This document shows positions 24,168 to 34,167 of a stretch of 64,000 nucleotides of DNA, piece after piece (positions within the stretch are counted from its first letter, which is position 1; every line of letters begins with the position of its first letter). The DNA comes from Kofleriaceae bacterium (lineage in GTDB: Bacteria > Myxococcota_A > Polyangia > Haliangiales > Haliangiaceae): assembly GCA_965215005.1 (NCBI GenBank), contig CBDCCZ010000004.1:160001-224000 (forward strand), written 5' to 3'. Position numbers and translations under genes: made by a program. The notes beneath the pieces were generated by a model that worked only from the letters and a program-made list of their open reading frames with translations, was not told where the DNA came from and searched no databases.

Positions 24168-25127
24168 ATGCCTGTCATCGTCGAACAGCTGATACTCGAT
24201 CCGGAGGCCCGGCTCGAGCTCGAGCTTCGCGCCGGTCGCAATGGACTTCGGCGCGAGATACTCGTGCCTCGCATCCAGAAGCCCGGGCTCGCTCTCACCG
24301 GCTATACCGGGCAGCTCCACGATGGCCGGCTGCTGGTGCTAGGCGGCACCGAGGTTGATTTTCTCGCCAGCTGCGCCGCCAGCGCCCGCGCTCTCGCGGT
24401 GTCTACGATGATGGCGGCGCATCCGGCGTGCCTGGTCGTCACTCGCGAACTCGAGCCTCCCGCGGAGCTCTCGGCGGCGTGCGAGGCCGGCGACGTGACG
24501 CTGATGGTGACGCCCCTCAGCAGCCCCGACTTTATCGGGCGGGTCACCGACTACTTGGCCCATCAGTTGGCGCCATCCACCTCAGTGCACGGCGTCCTCC
24601 TAGACGTGCTCGGGATCGGCGTGTTGCTGCTGGGAAAAAGCGGCATCGGCAAGAGCGAAGCCGCTCTCGATTTAGTGGTCCGGGGTCATCGCCTCGTGGC
24701 CGATGACATCGTCAACATTCACTTGCGTGGCACGATCATCTTCGGCTCAGGCTCTGGGATCATCCGGCATCACATGGAGATCCGCGGCCTCGGTATCATC
24801 AACATCAAAGACCTGTTCGGCATCTCGTCGGTTCGAGAGGCAAAGAAAATCGAGCTCGTTATCGAGCTCGCGGAATGGGACGAGAACGAGGAGTACGACC
24901 GCCTGGGGATCGACGAATATAATTATCCGGTGCTCGAGCAGCACATTCCGATGTTGCGGCTGCCGGTGCGGCCGGGACGCAACGTCGCGACCATCATCGA
25001 GGTCGCGGCTCGCAACCAGCTGCTCAAGTTACAAGGACACAATTCGGCCCGCGAGTTCCAGGACCGTCTCAATCGAGCGATTGCCGAGGCGCGCCCCCAG
25101 CGCTACGACATCGACCTCATCGAGTAG
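24168..25127 (+). CDS. hprK: HPr kinase/phosphorylase
   Basis: HGVLLDV, GKSGIGKSE, HRLVADD, MEIRGLGII, PVRPGRN. Confidence 0.96.
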   Translation: MPVIVEQLILDPEARLELELRAGRNGLRREILVPRIQKPGLALTGYTGQLHDGRLLVLGGTEVDFLASCAASARALAVSTMMAAHPACLVVTRELEPPAELSAACEAGDVTLMVTPLSSPDFIGRVTDYLAHQLAPSTSVHGVLLDVLGIGVLLLGKSGIGKSEAALDLVVRGHRLVADDIVNIHLRGTIIFGSGSGIIRHHMEIRGLGIINIKDLFGISSVREAKKIELVIELAEWDENEEYDRLGIDEYNYPVLEQHIPMLRLPVRPGRNVATIIEVAARNQLLKLQGHNSAREFQDRLNRAIAEARPQRYDIDLIE

Positions 25128-25129
25128 TC

Positions 25130-25972
25130 ATGCACATCGTGTTCGTCACAGGACTCGCGGGAGCCGGCAAGAGTACTGCGCTGCGCGCACTCGAGGATCT
25201 CGGCTACTACTGCGTCGACAATATTCCACTGCCACTGGTGGTGCCGTTCGTCGATCTGGTCTCGCAGCAGCAAGGAATCAGCGACGCGGCAATCTCCGTA
25301 GACGCACGCCAGCACGCGTATCTGAGCGAGTTCAATGAACAGCTGGCGCAGCTCAAGAAGGCGGGGCATCGCGTCGAGGTGCTGTTTCTCGAAGCGGGCG
25401 ACGACATGCTGCTGCGGCGCTACTCAGAGACCCGGCGTCGCCACCCGATGTCGGGGGATGATCTGCGGGAGGGCATTCGGCAGGATCGCGAGGTGCTCGC
25501 CGAGCTGCGGCATTCGGCCGCGGTGCTCAATACCGCGGCACTCAACGTGCACCAACTCAAGGGGATCATCCAGGAACGCTACGGCAAACAGGAGGGTAAG
25601 CTCGCGGTCACGCTGCTCTCCTTTGGCTTCAAGAACGGTGTACCCGTCGAGAGCGACTTGGTCTTTGACGTGCGATTTTTGGCCAATCCTTATTTCGACC
25701 CGGAGCTCTCGGGGCTCGACGGCAGAAACGCTGGGGTGGCCTCGTACGTGCTCGATACCGATGAAGGCAAGCAGATGCTCGACAAGATCGACGACTTGCT
25801 GCGCTTCTCGCTTCCGCAGTTCGAGCGCGAGGGCAAGATGTATCTCACGGTGGCCATTGGGTGCACCGGCGGGCGTCACCGTTCGGTAGCGATCGTCGAG
25901 GAGCTGTCGCGGCGGTTGCAAGCCGAGTGGGATTTGCAGGTGCGGCATCGGGACCTGGAGAGGCGCGGCTGA
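25130..25972 (+). CDS. rapZ: RNase adapter RapZ (YhbJ/YvcJ family)
   Basis: TGLAGAGKS, LEDLGYYCVDN, SFGFK, DVRFL, IGCTGGRHRSV. Confidence 0.96.
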   Translation: MHIVFVTGLAGAGKSTALRALEDLGYYCVDNIPLPLVVPFVDLVSQQQGISDAAISVDARQHAYLSEFNEQLAQLKKAGHRVEVLFLEAGDDMLLRRYSETRRRHPMSGDDLREGIRQDREVLAELRHSAAVLNTAALNVHQLKGIIQERYGKQEGKLAVTLLSFGFKNGVPVESDLVFDVRFLANPYFDPELSGLDGRNAGVASYVLDTDEGKQMLDKIDDLLRFSLPQFEREGKMYLTVAIGCTGGRHRSVAIVEELSRRLQAEWDLQVRHRDLERRG

Positions 25973-26259
25973 TGGGTGCAAGTACCGACACCTTTGAGAC
26001 TCAAGCGATCATCTGCAACGAGCTCGGTATGCATGCCCGCGCGGCTACCAAGTTCGTGCAGCTCGCCGCGAAGTTCCCTTGCGAGATTTCGGTCGAAAAA
26101 GACGGCCAACAGGTAAACGGTAAGAGCATCATGGGGATTTTGATGCTCGTGGCCGCGATGGGCTCGATAGTCATCATTCGCGCCCGCGGTGCATGTGCCA
26201 AGGAAGCGGCCGAGGCGTTGGCCGCGTTGATTGGCGATCGCTTCGGCGAGGAGAAATAG
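25972..26259 (+). CDS. ptsH: Phosphocarrier protein HPr
   Basis: GMHARAA (His15) and NGKSIMG (Ser46); TGATG overlap with rapZ. Confidence 0.96.
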   Translation: MGASTDTFETQAIICNELGMHARAATKFVQLAAKFPCEISVEKDGQQVNGKSIMGILMLVAAMGSIVIIRARGACAKEAAEALAALIGDRFGEEK

Positions 26260-26263
26260 CGGC

Positions 26264-28012
26264 TTGCGCCAGGAGCTGCGCAAGAGCGGCGTCGCGGCTG
26301 CCCATGGAATCGGTATCGGCCGCGCGTATCTGGTCGATCGGCGGAGTCTGCAAACGCCGCAGCGGCAGCTGCCCGCCGATGAGGTCGAAGACGAGCTGGT
26401 GCGGTTTCGCGCCGCGCTCGCCGCCAGTGACAGGCAGCTCGAGCGCATCAAACAGAAGATGAAGCAACGCTCGGAGAGCGAGCACTACAACATCATCGAG
26501 GCGCATCAGCTCATCCTTCACGACGAGCACCTGGTCGATGAAACCGTTCGTTACATCCGCCAGGAGCAGATCAATGCCGAATGGGCGCTGCGGCGGACCG
26601 TCGAGCACATCAAAGGCGTGTTCGACGCCATCGAAGACGATTACTTTCGCGAGCGGCGCAGCGATATCGACTTCGTCGGCGAGCGCGTCCTGCGCAACCT
26701 CCTAGGTCGCGAGATCGGCCCGGTGCGGCCGCCACCGGATGCGATCGTGGTCGCGCATGACTTGTCGCCTGCCGACACCGCGCAGCTCTATCGCGCCGCG
26801 GTTGCGGGTCTCATCACCGACGCCGGCGGCAAGACCTCGCACACCGCCATCATCGCTCGCGCTCACGAGATTCCTTCGGTGGTGGGCCTGGAAAACGTCA
26901 CCCACGTCATCGAGACCGGCGACTTGGTCATCGTCGATGGCACCAGCGGCATCGTCATTGCCCATCCGACGCCGGAGACGGTGCTGGAGTATCGCGAGCT
27001 GCGTCGGAGGGAGGCGGCTTCTAGCGCCGCGCTGCTGTCGCTGCGCGACCTGCCGGCGGAGACCACCGATAAGGCCCGGATCGAGCTCATGGCCAACATC
27101 GATCACGTCGATGAGATCGGCGGCGCGCTCGACCACGGCGCCGAAGGGGTTGGCCTGTATCGCACCGAGTATCTCTTCATGACCGCGGCGCAGATGCCCG
27201 ACGAAGAGTCGCATTACGCCTCGGCCTGCGCGGTTCTTGATGCTCTAACGGGCCGCTGCGCGACGTTTCGTACCTTCGATTTAGGTGCCGACAAATTGGC
27301 GTCCTTGATCCGCTCGAGCGGCGAAGCCAATCCCGCGCTCGGTCTGCGCTCGATTCGCCTGTGCCTGACCGAGGCAGTGCGGCCGCTGTTCAAAGCGCAA
27401 TTGCGGGGGCTGTTGCGAGCATCTCCGCGCGGGCCGATGCGGATCATGTTTCCGATGATCTCCGGTCTCGGCGAGCTGCGCCAAGCGCGCGCGGTTTACG
27501 ATGAAGCGGCGGCCGAGCTCGAGAGTGAAGGAATGTCGATCGGTAGTGACATCCAGGTCGGCGTGATGATCGAGATGCCCTCGGCGGCTGTCGTCGCCGA
27601 CTTGATCGCGCCCGAGGTCGACTTCTTTTCAATTGGCACCAACGACCTCATCCAATACACGCTCGCCGTCGATCGCGTGAATGAGCACGTCTCGTACCTC
27701 TACGAGCCGCTTCATCCGGCGCTACTGCGGTTGATAAAAACGGTCGTCGATGCCGCCAAGCGTCATGGCATTGCGGTGGCGGTTTGCGGGGAGATGGCCG
27801 GCGATCCGGTTGTCGCCCCGGTGCTGCTCGGGCTCGGCCTCGAGGAGCTGTCGATGAACGCGGTCTCGATCCCCGAGGTGAAGAGCGTGGTGCGGAGCTG
27901 TTCAGCACAGCAGCTCCGCGCACTGGTCGATCAGGTGCTGCAGATGGCCACTGCCGCGGAGATTCGCGGCGCTGTGGAAGAGCTCCTCAGCCAGGTAAAG
28001 CGGGCGCCGTGA
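26264..28012 (+). CDS. ptsI: PEP-protein phosphotransferase (PTS enzyme I)
   Basis: GGKTSHTAIIAR, GVGLYRTE, RTFDLGADK, SIGTNDLIQY, VCGEMAGD; TTG start with GAGGAG SD. Confidence 0.97.
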   Translation: MRQELRKSGVAAAHGIGIGRAYLVDRRSLQTPQRQLPADEVEDELVRFRAALAASDRQLERIKQKMKQRSESEHYNIIEAHQLILHDEHLVDETVRYIRQEQINAEWALRRTVEHIKGVFDAIEDDYFRERRSDIDFVGERVLRNLLGREIGPVRPPPDAIVVAHDLSPADTAQLYRAAVAGLITDAGGKTSHTAIIARAHEIPSVVGLENVTHVIETGDLVIVDGTSGIVIAHPTPETVLEYRELRRREAASSAALLSLRDLPAETTDKARIELMANIDHVDEIGGALDHGAEGVGLYRTEYLFMTAAQMPDEESHYASACAVLDALTGRCATFRTFDLGADKLASLIRSSGEANPALGLRSIRLCLTEAVRPLFKAQLRGLLRASPRGPMRIMFPMISGLGELRQARAVYDEAAAELESEGMSIGSDIQVGVMIEMPSAAVVADLIAPEVDFFSIGTNDLIQYTLAVDRVNEHVSYLYEPLHPALLRLIKTVVDAAKRHGIAVAVCGEMAGDPVVAPVLLGLGLEELSMNAVSIPEVKSVVRSCSAQQLRALVDQVLQMATAAEIRGAVEELLSQVKRAP

Positions 28013-28036
28013 GCGTCTTCGGCAGATGGCAAACCC

Positions 28037-28375
28037 ATGCGTGGTGACGCCGTCCTCGACCGCCGTGGTATCCGGCGAGGGCGGTCAAAGGGCGCTACTC
28101 GTGGCGCCGGACCGGCATCTTGGCCACCGCTGGTCGCTGCGCCCGTGCCACGCCGCCAACCGTACATCGCTTTCCTGCTTACGGTCCTGATGGTCTTGGG
28201 GGCCTGCGGCTCGGGTTCGCCGCCACCGGCCGTTCCCGCGGAGCTCGAGCTCGACTGGCCCGATGCCAGTCCGCTACTGCATGAGGAGGACGCGCTGACG
28301 CAGGACGCCAGCGCAGCGCTCACGCAGGACGCGGGCGCTGCGCCGCTGCCATCGCAGTCATTCGCGCCGAAGTAG
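28037..28375 (+). CDS. Hypothetical short lipoprotein (start uncertain)
   Basis: Hydrophobic stretch ending in VLGAC; duplicated LTQDA motif. Confidence 0.4.
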   Translation: MRGDAVLDRRGIRRGRSKGATRGAGPASWPPLVAAPVPRRQPYIAFLLTVLMVLGACGSGSPPPAVPAELELDWPDASPLLHEEDALTQDASAALTQDAGAAPLPSQSFAPK

Positions 28376-28397
28376 CGACATCCCTGGCGGCGGTGAT

Positions 28398-28426
28398 TTC
28401 ACGGCTGCTGCCGACTCCGCTACAAT
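28398..28426 (+). promoter_or_regulatory. sigma70-like promoter, probably giving a leaderless mRNA
   Basis: TTCACG-17 nt-TACAAT, then 6 nt to the GTG start at 28433; no SD. Confidence 0.6.
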
Positions 28427-28432
28427 CAGCGG

Positions 28433-31315
28433 GTGCGTACGCTCATGGTTGCGCTCGCGGTGCTCGTCGCGGCCGCGAGGCCTGCCGCGGCCGGCGACCC
28501 GTTGCGCCACTGGAAGACGCTCGAGACCGCGCACTTCGTGGTGAACTACTACGAGCCGCTGGGCGAGGTCGGCCGCCGCGTCGCGGTGGTCGCGGAGCGC
28601 GCGCACGCCGTGTTGGTACCGGTGTTCGGCCACGAGCCCAATGAGAAGACTCAGATCATCCTGCTCGATAATACCGACGGCGCCAATGGCTTTGCGCGAG
28701 TTCTACCGCGAAATCAAATTACGTTATTTGCGACCGCTCCCAACGGGACCTCGGTGCTCGGCGACTATGACGACTGGCTGTATTTGCTGGTCGCCCACGA
28801 GTACACCCACATCCTCCACCTCGATTCCATTAGCGGCCTGCCGCGCATCGTAAATCGGCTGCTCGGCAAGACCTGGTCGCCAAACCAAATCCAGCCGCGC
28901 TGGGTCATCGAGGGCATCGCCACGTACGAGGAATCCAAGCAGTCCTCGAGCGGTCGCACGCGCAGCGCGCTGTTTCATCAAGAGCTGCGCACCGCCGTGC
29001 TCACCGACGCTGAGCTAGACCTCGACGCGATCACCAGCGGGCCGAGAACCTGGCCCCGCGGCACCGCTGCCTATCTCTACGGCTCGCACTTTCTGCAGTA
29101 CGTCTTCGACCGCTTTGGCCACGATGCGCTCCGCGACTTGAGCTGGACGTATGGCTCACAGCCCGTCCCCTACGGGCTCAATCGGGCGATGCGTGCCGTC
29201 ACCGGCGAGACGTTCGAGCAGCTTTACCGCGACTGGCGCGAGCAGCTGCGAGCCAGATATGAGCTCGAGCTCGAGGCGATCGAGCGTCGCGGTGTTCGCC
29301 AGGGGCGACGTCTAACCTTTCAGACGGAAATCAATGTCAACCCGCAGTACACGCCATCGGGCGATGCCATCGTGTGGCTGCAAGCGGATGGACTCTCTCC
29401 AGCACGGTTTCGCGCGATCCCTCGCGGCAGCAACATCGGTGATGCCTACGAAGTGGCCGACCTCCAGCGCGTAGGTGATTTCGCGATGCTTCGCGATGGC
29501 CGCATGGTCGTCGAGCAGACGGCCATCTATCGCACCGAATACAACTTTCAGGACCTGTTTCTGTGGAGCGGCTCCGAGGACATGACGCGCCTTACCTTGG
29601 GCATGCGTGCCCGCGATCCGGCGGTGAGCCCGGATGAGCGACACGTGGCATTCAGCATGAATCACGCGTCGCAGTCACTGTTGGCGGTGATGCCGCTGCG
29701 CGCCGGCGGCGAGCCCACCGTGCTGTGGCGGGGGGGCCGTTGGGATCAGGTCGATCGCCCGAGCTGGTCTCCCGACGGCCGTCACATCGCCTTCAGCGCC
29801 TGGCGGCAGGGCGGCTTTCGGGACATCTTGATCGTCGATGCTACGACTGGTGAGCTGATCCGCGAGCTCTCGCATGACCGCGCACAAGATCAGGATCCGG
29901 TCTACGGGCCCGATGGCCGGTATCTCTATTTCGCCAGCGATCGCACGGGCATCTACAACATCTACGCATACGACCTGGAAGATGACGAGCTGTATCAAGT
30001 GACGAACGTGGTCGGCGGGGCGCTATCCCCGTCGATATCGCCCGATGGCACTCATTTGGCCTACCAGGCGTTTGTCGGCCGGGGCTGGGACCTCTACGAG
30101 CTCGAGCTCGATCCGCGCAACTGGCTCGAGCCCGAGCTTTACGTCAACGAGAGACCCGCGCCCACGGTCGTTACCGAAGCAGAGGTTGCGCTCCCTGAGC
30201 CGCGCGACTATCGGGCACTCGAGACGCTAGCGCCGCAAGCCTTTACCCTCTCGCTCGGCACCAACGTCTTCGGACCCGCCTTGAGCGTGCAAACCGGCGG
30301 CGGTGATGTCGTGGGACTTCATGCGTATTCCATGGCGGTGACGCTTGGCGGCGAAGCGGACGTCAGTTTTGGCGGCGCCTATTCCTACAATCGCTTCTGG
30401 CCATCGCTGCGGGTTGCGGCGGGCCGCAATGCCAATCGTCGCGGCGGTGTGGTGATCGATGGAGTCAACACCAACTTCGATGAAGACGTCTATCGGCTGA
30501 CGTTTAGCGCTGGGCTGCCGGTGCTGCGGCAGGCGCGCGGTTCTGCCAACATCAACCTCGATTACGACGTCGACTGGTTGCGCAACACCGGCGATGCGTT
30601 CGACGAGCCAGATCCAAACGACACGGTGCCGAGCTTTCCTACCACCGACGCGGTCATCGCCGGTGCTTCGCTGCGTTTCAGCTATTCCGACGTGCGCGGC
30701 GCGGCGTTGGCGCTGGGGCCGCTCGATGGTCAGGAGATATCTGCCTCCGTGCGCTACAACCATCCGGCGTTGGGATCGGATTTTCGCTCGCTCGTGCTTG
30801 GCTACACGTGGCGCGGCTACAAGTCGGTGCCATGGAGCGACCGCAGCTCGCTCAGCCTGCGACTCTCCGGCGGCATCCGCACCGCTGAGTCGGGGCGCGA
30901 GGGCGCGTTCGTGCTCGGCAGTGTCCCGCAACAGAATGTCGTCGACGCCATCATCAACAGCGTGCGCTTCAACAACACCACCTACTTGCGCGGCTATCCC
31001 GTGCGCGCTGCGGTGGGCACGCAGTTTCACCTGGCCAACTTCGAATACCGCCACCTGCTCGGCGATATCGAGCGCGGACTCGGCACCTTGCCGGTTTACG
31101 TGCGGCGGCTGCACGTCGCCGGACTCGTCGATAGTGGCGATGCCTTCGACGGCGAGCTCGATCCCGCGAATCTGAAGGTGTCTGTGGGGGCGGCCCTTCG
31201 ACTCGACGTGGTATTTGGCTACTTCATTCCGGGCTCGTTCGATATCGGCTACGCCCGCGGTCTCACCAGCGGAGGCATCAACGAGACCTGGATGCTACTA
31301 ACGGGAACGCTATGA
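28433..31315 (+). CDS. Omp85/BamA-superfamily protein with N-terminal gluzincin-like peptidase and TolB/PD40 propeller
   Basis: Signal peptide; WKTLETAHF; HEYTH plus EGIATYEE; PAVSPDE, PSWSPDG, PVYGPDG, PSISPDG repeats; C-terminal barrel with LRGY. Confidence 0.82.
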   Translation: MRTLMVALAVLVAAARPAAAGDPLRHWKTLETAHFVVNYYEPLGEVGRRVAVVAERAHAVLVPVFGHEPNEKTQIILLDNTDGANGFARVLPRNQITLFATAPNGTSVLGDYDDWLYLLVAHEYTHILHLDSISGLPRIVNRLLGKTWSPNQIQPRWVIEGIATYEESKQSSSGRTRSALFHQELRTAVLTDAELDLDAITSGPRTWPRGTAAYLYGSHFLQYVFDRFGHDALRDLSWTYGSQPVPYGLNRAMRAVTGETFEQLYRDWREQLRARYELELEAIERRGVRQGRRLTFQTEINVNPQYTPSGDAIVWLQADGLSPARFRAIPRGSNIGDAYEVADLQRVGDFAMLRDGRMVVEQTAIYRTEYNFQDLFLWSGSEDMTRLTLGMRARDPAVSPDERHVAFSMNHASQSLLAVMPLRAGGEPTVLWRGGRWDQVDRPSWSPDGRHIAFSAWRQGGFRDILIVDATTGELIRELSHDRAQDQDPVYGPDGRYLYFASDRTGIYNIYAYDLEDDELYQVTNVVGGALSPSISPDGTHLAYQAFVGRGWDLYELELDPRNWLEPELYVNERPAPTVVTEAEVALPEPRDYRALETLAPQAFTLSLGTNVFGPALSVQTGGGDVVGLHAYSMAVTLGGEADVSFGGAYSYNRFWPSLRVAAGRNANRRGGVVIDGVNTNFDEDVYRLTFSAGLPVLRQARGSANINLDYDVDWLRNTGDAFDEPDPNDTVPSFPTTDAVIAGASLRFSYSDVRGAALALGPLDGQEISASVRYNHPALGSDFRSLVLGYTWRGYKSVPWSDRSSLSLRLSGGIRTAESGREGAFVLGSVPQQNVVDAIINSVRFNNTTYLRGYPVRAAVGTQFHLANFEYRHLLGDIERGLGTLPVYVRRLHVAGLVDSGDAFDGELDPANLKVSVGAALRLDVVFGYFIPGSFDIGYARGLTSGGINETWMLLTGTL

Positions 31316-32055
31316 GCGGCAGAGATGATGCGTTCGATGATGCGCGGGAGGCGGCTGAGGATGAGAGCTCAGACGTGCTGGCGCTCGAGCTGCGCGCCGT
31401 CGCTGGTGTCTTAGCCAGTGGTGTGGCCGGGCAGATGGCCCACCCGCTGCGGCAGCTGCGCGAGACGTTGGCAGCGATGGTGGAGAGTCTAGATCGCCAC
31501 GTTTCAGGAGCTACCGGTCCAACGCCGCTTGCCTGGAAGGCGGTGCAGGCGTTGCGTCAGGAGCTCGCCGCTGCATATTTGCAGAGCCGCACCGTCGCGA
31601 GATTGGCCGGCGATCTGCACGACAGTGTGAGTCATTTAGCGGGCGCTCCGGCGGCAGTGGATCTCAACAAGCAAGTCGAAGCGGCGCTCAACCTGGCCCG
31701 TCATCGTCTCACCGGCCACACGGAGATCTTCGTCGACCTCGGCTCGGTTCCGCACGTGCGTGCTAGCGAGGGGCCGCTGATCCTTTGCATGGCGCGCGTG
31801 ATGCTGCTGTGCGCCGATTCGGCCAGCGCGATCGATGGCGGCGCGGTCTCCGTGCGCACTCGATATGAGCCGACCCACGAGGTCGTCGTCGCGCTCGCCG
31901 ACAACGGCATTGGCTTGCCAAAGGAAGCAGCGGCGCTGCGCGGGTTGTTGGCACGTATCGCCGAGCGGTTCGGCGGTAGCTTCGAAGGGACGTCGGAGTC
32001 CGGAATCGGCTCGGCATTCGAGCTGCGACTGCCGGCCGTGCACCAACGAGCATGA
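31312..32055 (+). CDS. Degenerate sensor-less histidine-kinase-like protein
   Basis: VDLN, DNGIG and GSAFELRLP retained; H-box, N-box and G2 degenerate; ATGA overlaps on both sides. Confidence 0.65.
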   Translation: MSGRDDAFDDAREAAEDESSDVLALELRAVAGVLASGVAGQMAHPLRQLRETLAAMVESLDRHVSGATGPTPLAWKAVQALRQELAAAYLQSRTVARLAGDLHDSVSHLAGAPAAVDLNKQVEAALNLARHRLTGHTEIFVDLGSVPHVRASEGPLILCMARVMLLCADSASAIDGGAVSVRTRYEPTHEVVVALADNGIGLPKEAAALRGLLARIAERFGGSFEGTSESGIGSAFELRLPAVHQRA

Positions 32056-33011
32056 GTGAGCGAGTTCCATTTTCGATCCTCACCGGCTTTCTCGGAGCCG
32101 GCAAGACCACGACTCTCAACCGGCTGCTTTCCGCGCCGCAGGGGCGGCGCATCGCCGTATTGGTCAACGAGCTCGGACGCATCGCTATCGACTCGAAGCT
32201 GATCTTGTCACGGGGCGGCGATGTCTTGGAGCTCGCCGGCGGCTGCGTCTGCTGCAAGGTCGACCTCAAGAACGACCTCTGGGACGGCATCGTCGACATC
32301 GTGCGGCGCGCGCAGCCGGATAACGTAGTGCTCGAGACCACTGGAATCGCCGAGCCTGCGGCCATTTTGGCCGGTCTAGATCGTTTGCCCGCCGAGTACC
32401 GCCAGCGAATTCGCGAGGCCGGCGTGATTTGCGTGGTCGATGCAGATGCCGGTAGCGAGCAGCTCGATCGCCGCGAGGAGGCCAGGGCGCAGATCGAGCA
32501 CGCCGACCGGTTGCTGTTGACCAAGCTCGACATCGCCGGCCCGCAGACCGTCGAGCGGTTGCATCAGCGGCTCGATGCGCTCAATGCGCATGCCGAGCGG
32601 GCCAGTTTTCCAGCTGGCGATGACGGCACTGCGGCGCTCACGCCTTGGCTCCTGGAGGTGCGCAGCCGCGGCCGCGCGCATCATCGCGAGCACGTTCACC
32701 GCGACGGCCAGCTGGTAGCGGTGAGCCTCATCGCTGATGAGCCGCTGGTGGCGGAGCGGTTGCTCGCGTTGGTCGAGCGGCATCGCGGCCAATTGCTGCG
32801 CGTGAAGGGTTTCGTCGAGGTAGCCGGCGAGCGTCGTCGCGGGTTTCTCGAGCTGGCGGGCGCGCGCGTCGAGCTGCGATTTGGTCATCCGTGGGGCCGC
32901 GATGAGCGACGCACCGAGTTGGTGATGATCGGCGAGGCGCTCGACGAGCCCGCGCTGCGTCGCCAACTGTGGGCGTGTCGCGCCGGTGGCGAAGAAGGCG
33001 TGCCGTTCTGA
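32052..33011 (+). CDS. COG0523/CobW-family G3E metallochaperone GTPase
   Basis: TGFLGAGKTT, VNELG, GGCVCC, ETTG, TKLD, His-rich HHREHVH, LRVKG. Confidence 0.93.
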   Translation: MSERVPFSILTGFLGAGKTTTLNRLLSAPQGRRIAVLVNELGRIAIDSKLILSRGGDVLELAGGCVCCKVDLKNDLWDGIVDIVRRAQPDNVVLETTGIAEPAAILAGLDRLPAEYRQRIREAGVICVVDADAGSEQLDRREEARAQIEHADRLLLTKLDIAGPQTVERLHQRLDALNAHAERASFPAGDDGTAALTPWLLEVRSRGRAHHREHVHRDGQLVAVSLIADEPLVAERLLALVERHRGQLLRVKGFVEVAGERRRGFLELAGARVELRFGHPWGRDERRTELVMIGEALDEPALRRQLWACRAGGEEGVPF

Positions 33012-33070
33012 GCTGGATGTGGCGCTGCCCCTCGAGGGGCTCGATGCGCTGGCGAGACTGGGCGTGGCGC

Positions 33071-33444
33071 TCAGGTGGGCTGGCTGAGCAGTCGCTCGAC
33101 GTTGTGAACCAGCACCTCGCGGAGGAACGGCTTGATGACGTACTCATCGGCGCCGGATTCCTGGCCTCGCTGGGCATCCTCGACGCTCACGTACGCGGCG
33201 GTCATCATCACCACCGGAATGTGCTTGGTGGCTTCATGCGCCTTGAGCTGCCGGCACACCTCAAACCCGTCCATTTGCGGCAGGTTGAGGTCGAGAATGA
33301 TGACATCGGGCGGCGCTGCCGTGGCGCGCTGCAGCCCTTCGCGGCCATCTCTGGCGCTGTCGACCTGATGACCGCGCGCCTCCATGATCTTGACAACGAC
33401 GCGGACGATATCGGCTCGTCGTCGACGACCAGTATCTTCGCCAT
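33071..33444 (-). CDS. Single-domain response regulator (frameshift at ~33412)
   Basis: MAKILVVDDE in one frame; DIVRVVVKIMEA...LDLNLPQMDG...MMTA...IKPF in another; one missing base joins them. Confidence 0.88.
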
Positions 33445-33499
33445 GCTTTCCCCTTGCGGCTTTGCCTTGGTTTGATTCACGACTCGCGTCGTCAAACCA

Positions 33500-34099
33500 C
33501 TACGCGTCTTTCAAGGACCGCAGGCAGGTTTGCGCGACGCCGCTGTTCCAGTCGCGCTTGTTGACAAAGTAGTGCTGGATGCGGCCCATCTTATCGATGA
33601 CAAAGCTCTCTGGGACTGCCTTGATGCCATAGCTCTGCGCGACGGGGCCGAGGTTCTCACCCTCTTGGGGAGGATCGATCAGGATGTTGAGCGGAGAGCC
33701 ATTCGGAAAGTCCTTGCGAACGTCGCTGAAGTCAGGGTCGGAGGCGATGGCAAGCACCACGAAGTCGTCATCTTGCAGCTTCTTGGCCATCGTTTCCATG
33801 CTCGGCTTCTCCGCCTTGCAGACGGTGCACCAGCTGGCCCAGAAATTCAGAAACACCACTTTGCCGCGGAAGTCGGAGAGGTGGACCTTGTTGCCATTGT
33901 GGTCATAAACCTCGAAGTCCGGCGCGACAGCAGGTAGCGAGCCAATCGCCGGATTTTCGGGCGTTGGCTGCAGCCCACGACACGCTGCAACGACTTCTCG
34001 GGCCGCGGCGGGCTGGATCAGACGCAAATACTGCACGGCCAGAAGACCGCAAAGTCCCGTCACTACGACGATAGCGAGGAGTTTTTTGGTGGAGATCAT
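33500..34099 (-). CDS. TlpA/ResA-like membrane-anchored thioredoxin
   Basis: N-terminal TM; GKVVFLNFWASWCTVC; VPESFVID. Confidence 0.92.
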   Translation of the reverse strand: MISTKKLLAIVVVTGLCGLLAVQYLRLIQPAAAREVVAACRGLQPTPENPAIGSLPAVAPDFEVYDHNGNKVHLSDFRGKVVFLNFWASWCTVCKAEKPSMETMAKKLQDDDFVVLAIASDPDFSDVRKDFPNGSPLNILIDPPQEGENLGPVAQSYGIKAVPESFVIDKMGRIQHYFVNKRDWNSGVAQTCLRSLKDA

Positions 34100-34167
34100 G
34101 GCGGCGCGATCCTTGAAAGCCGGCGAAGGGTCGAGCTTAGCGCATCATCCGTTATGCTTCCACGCTC

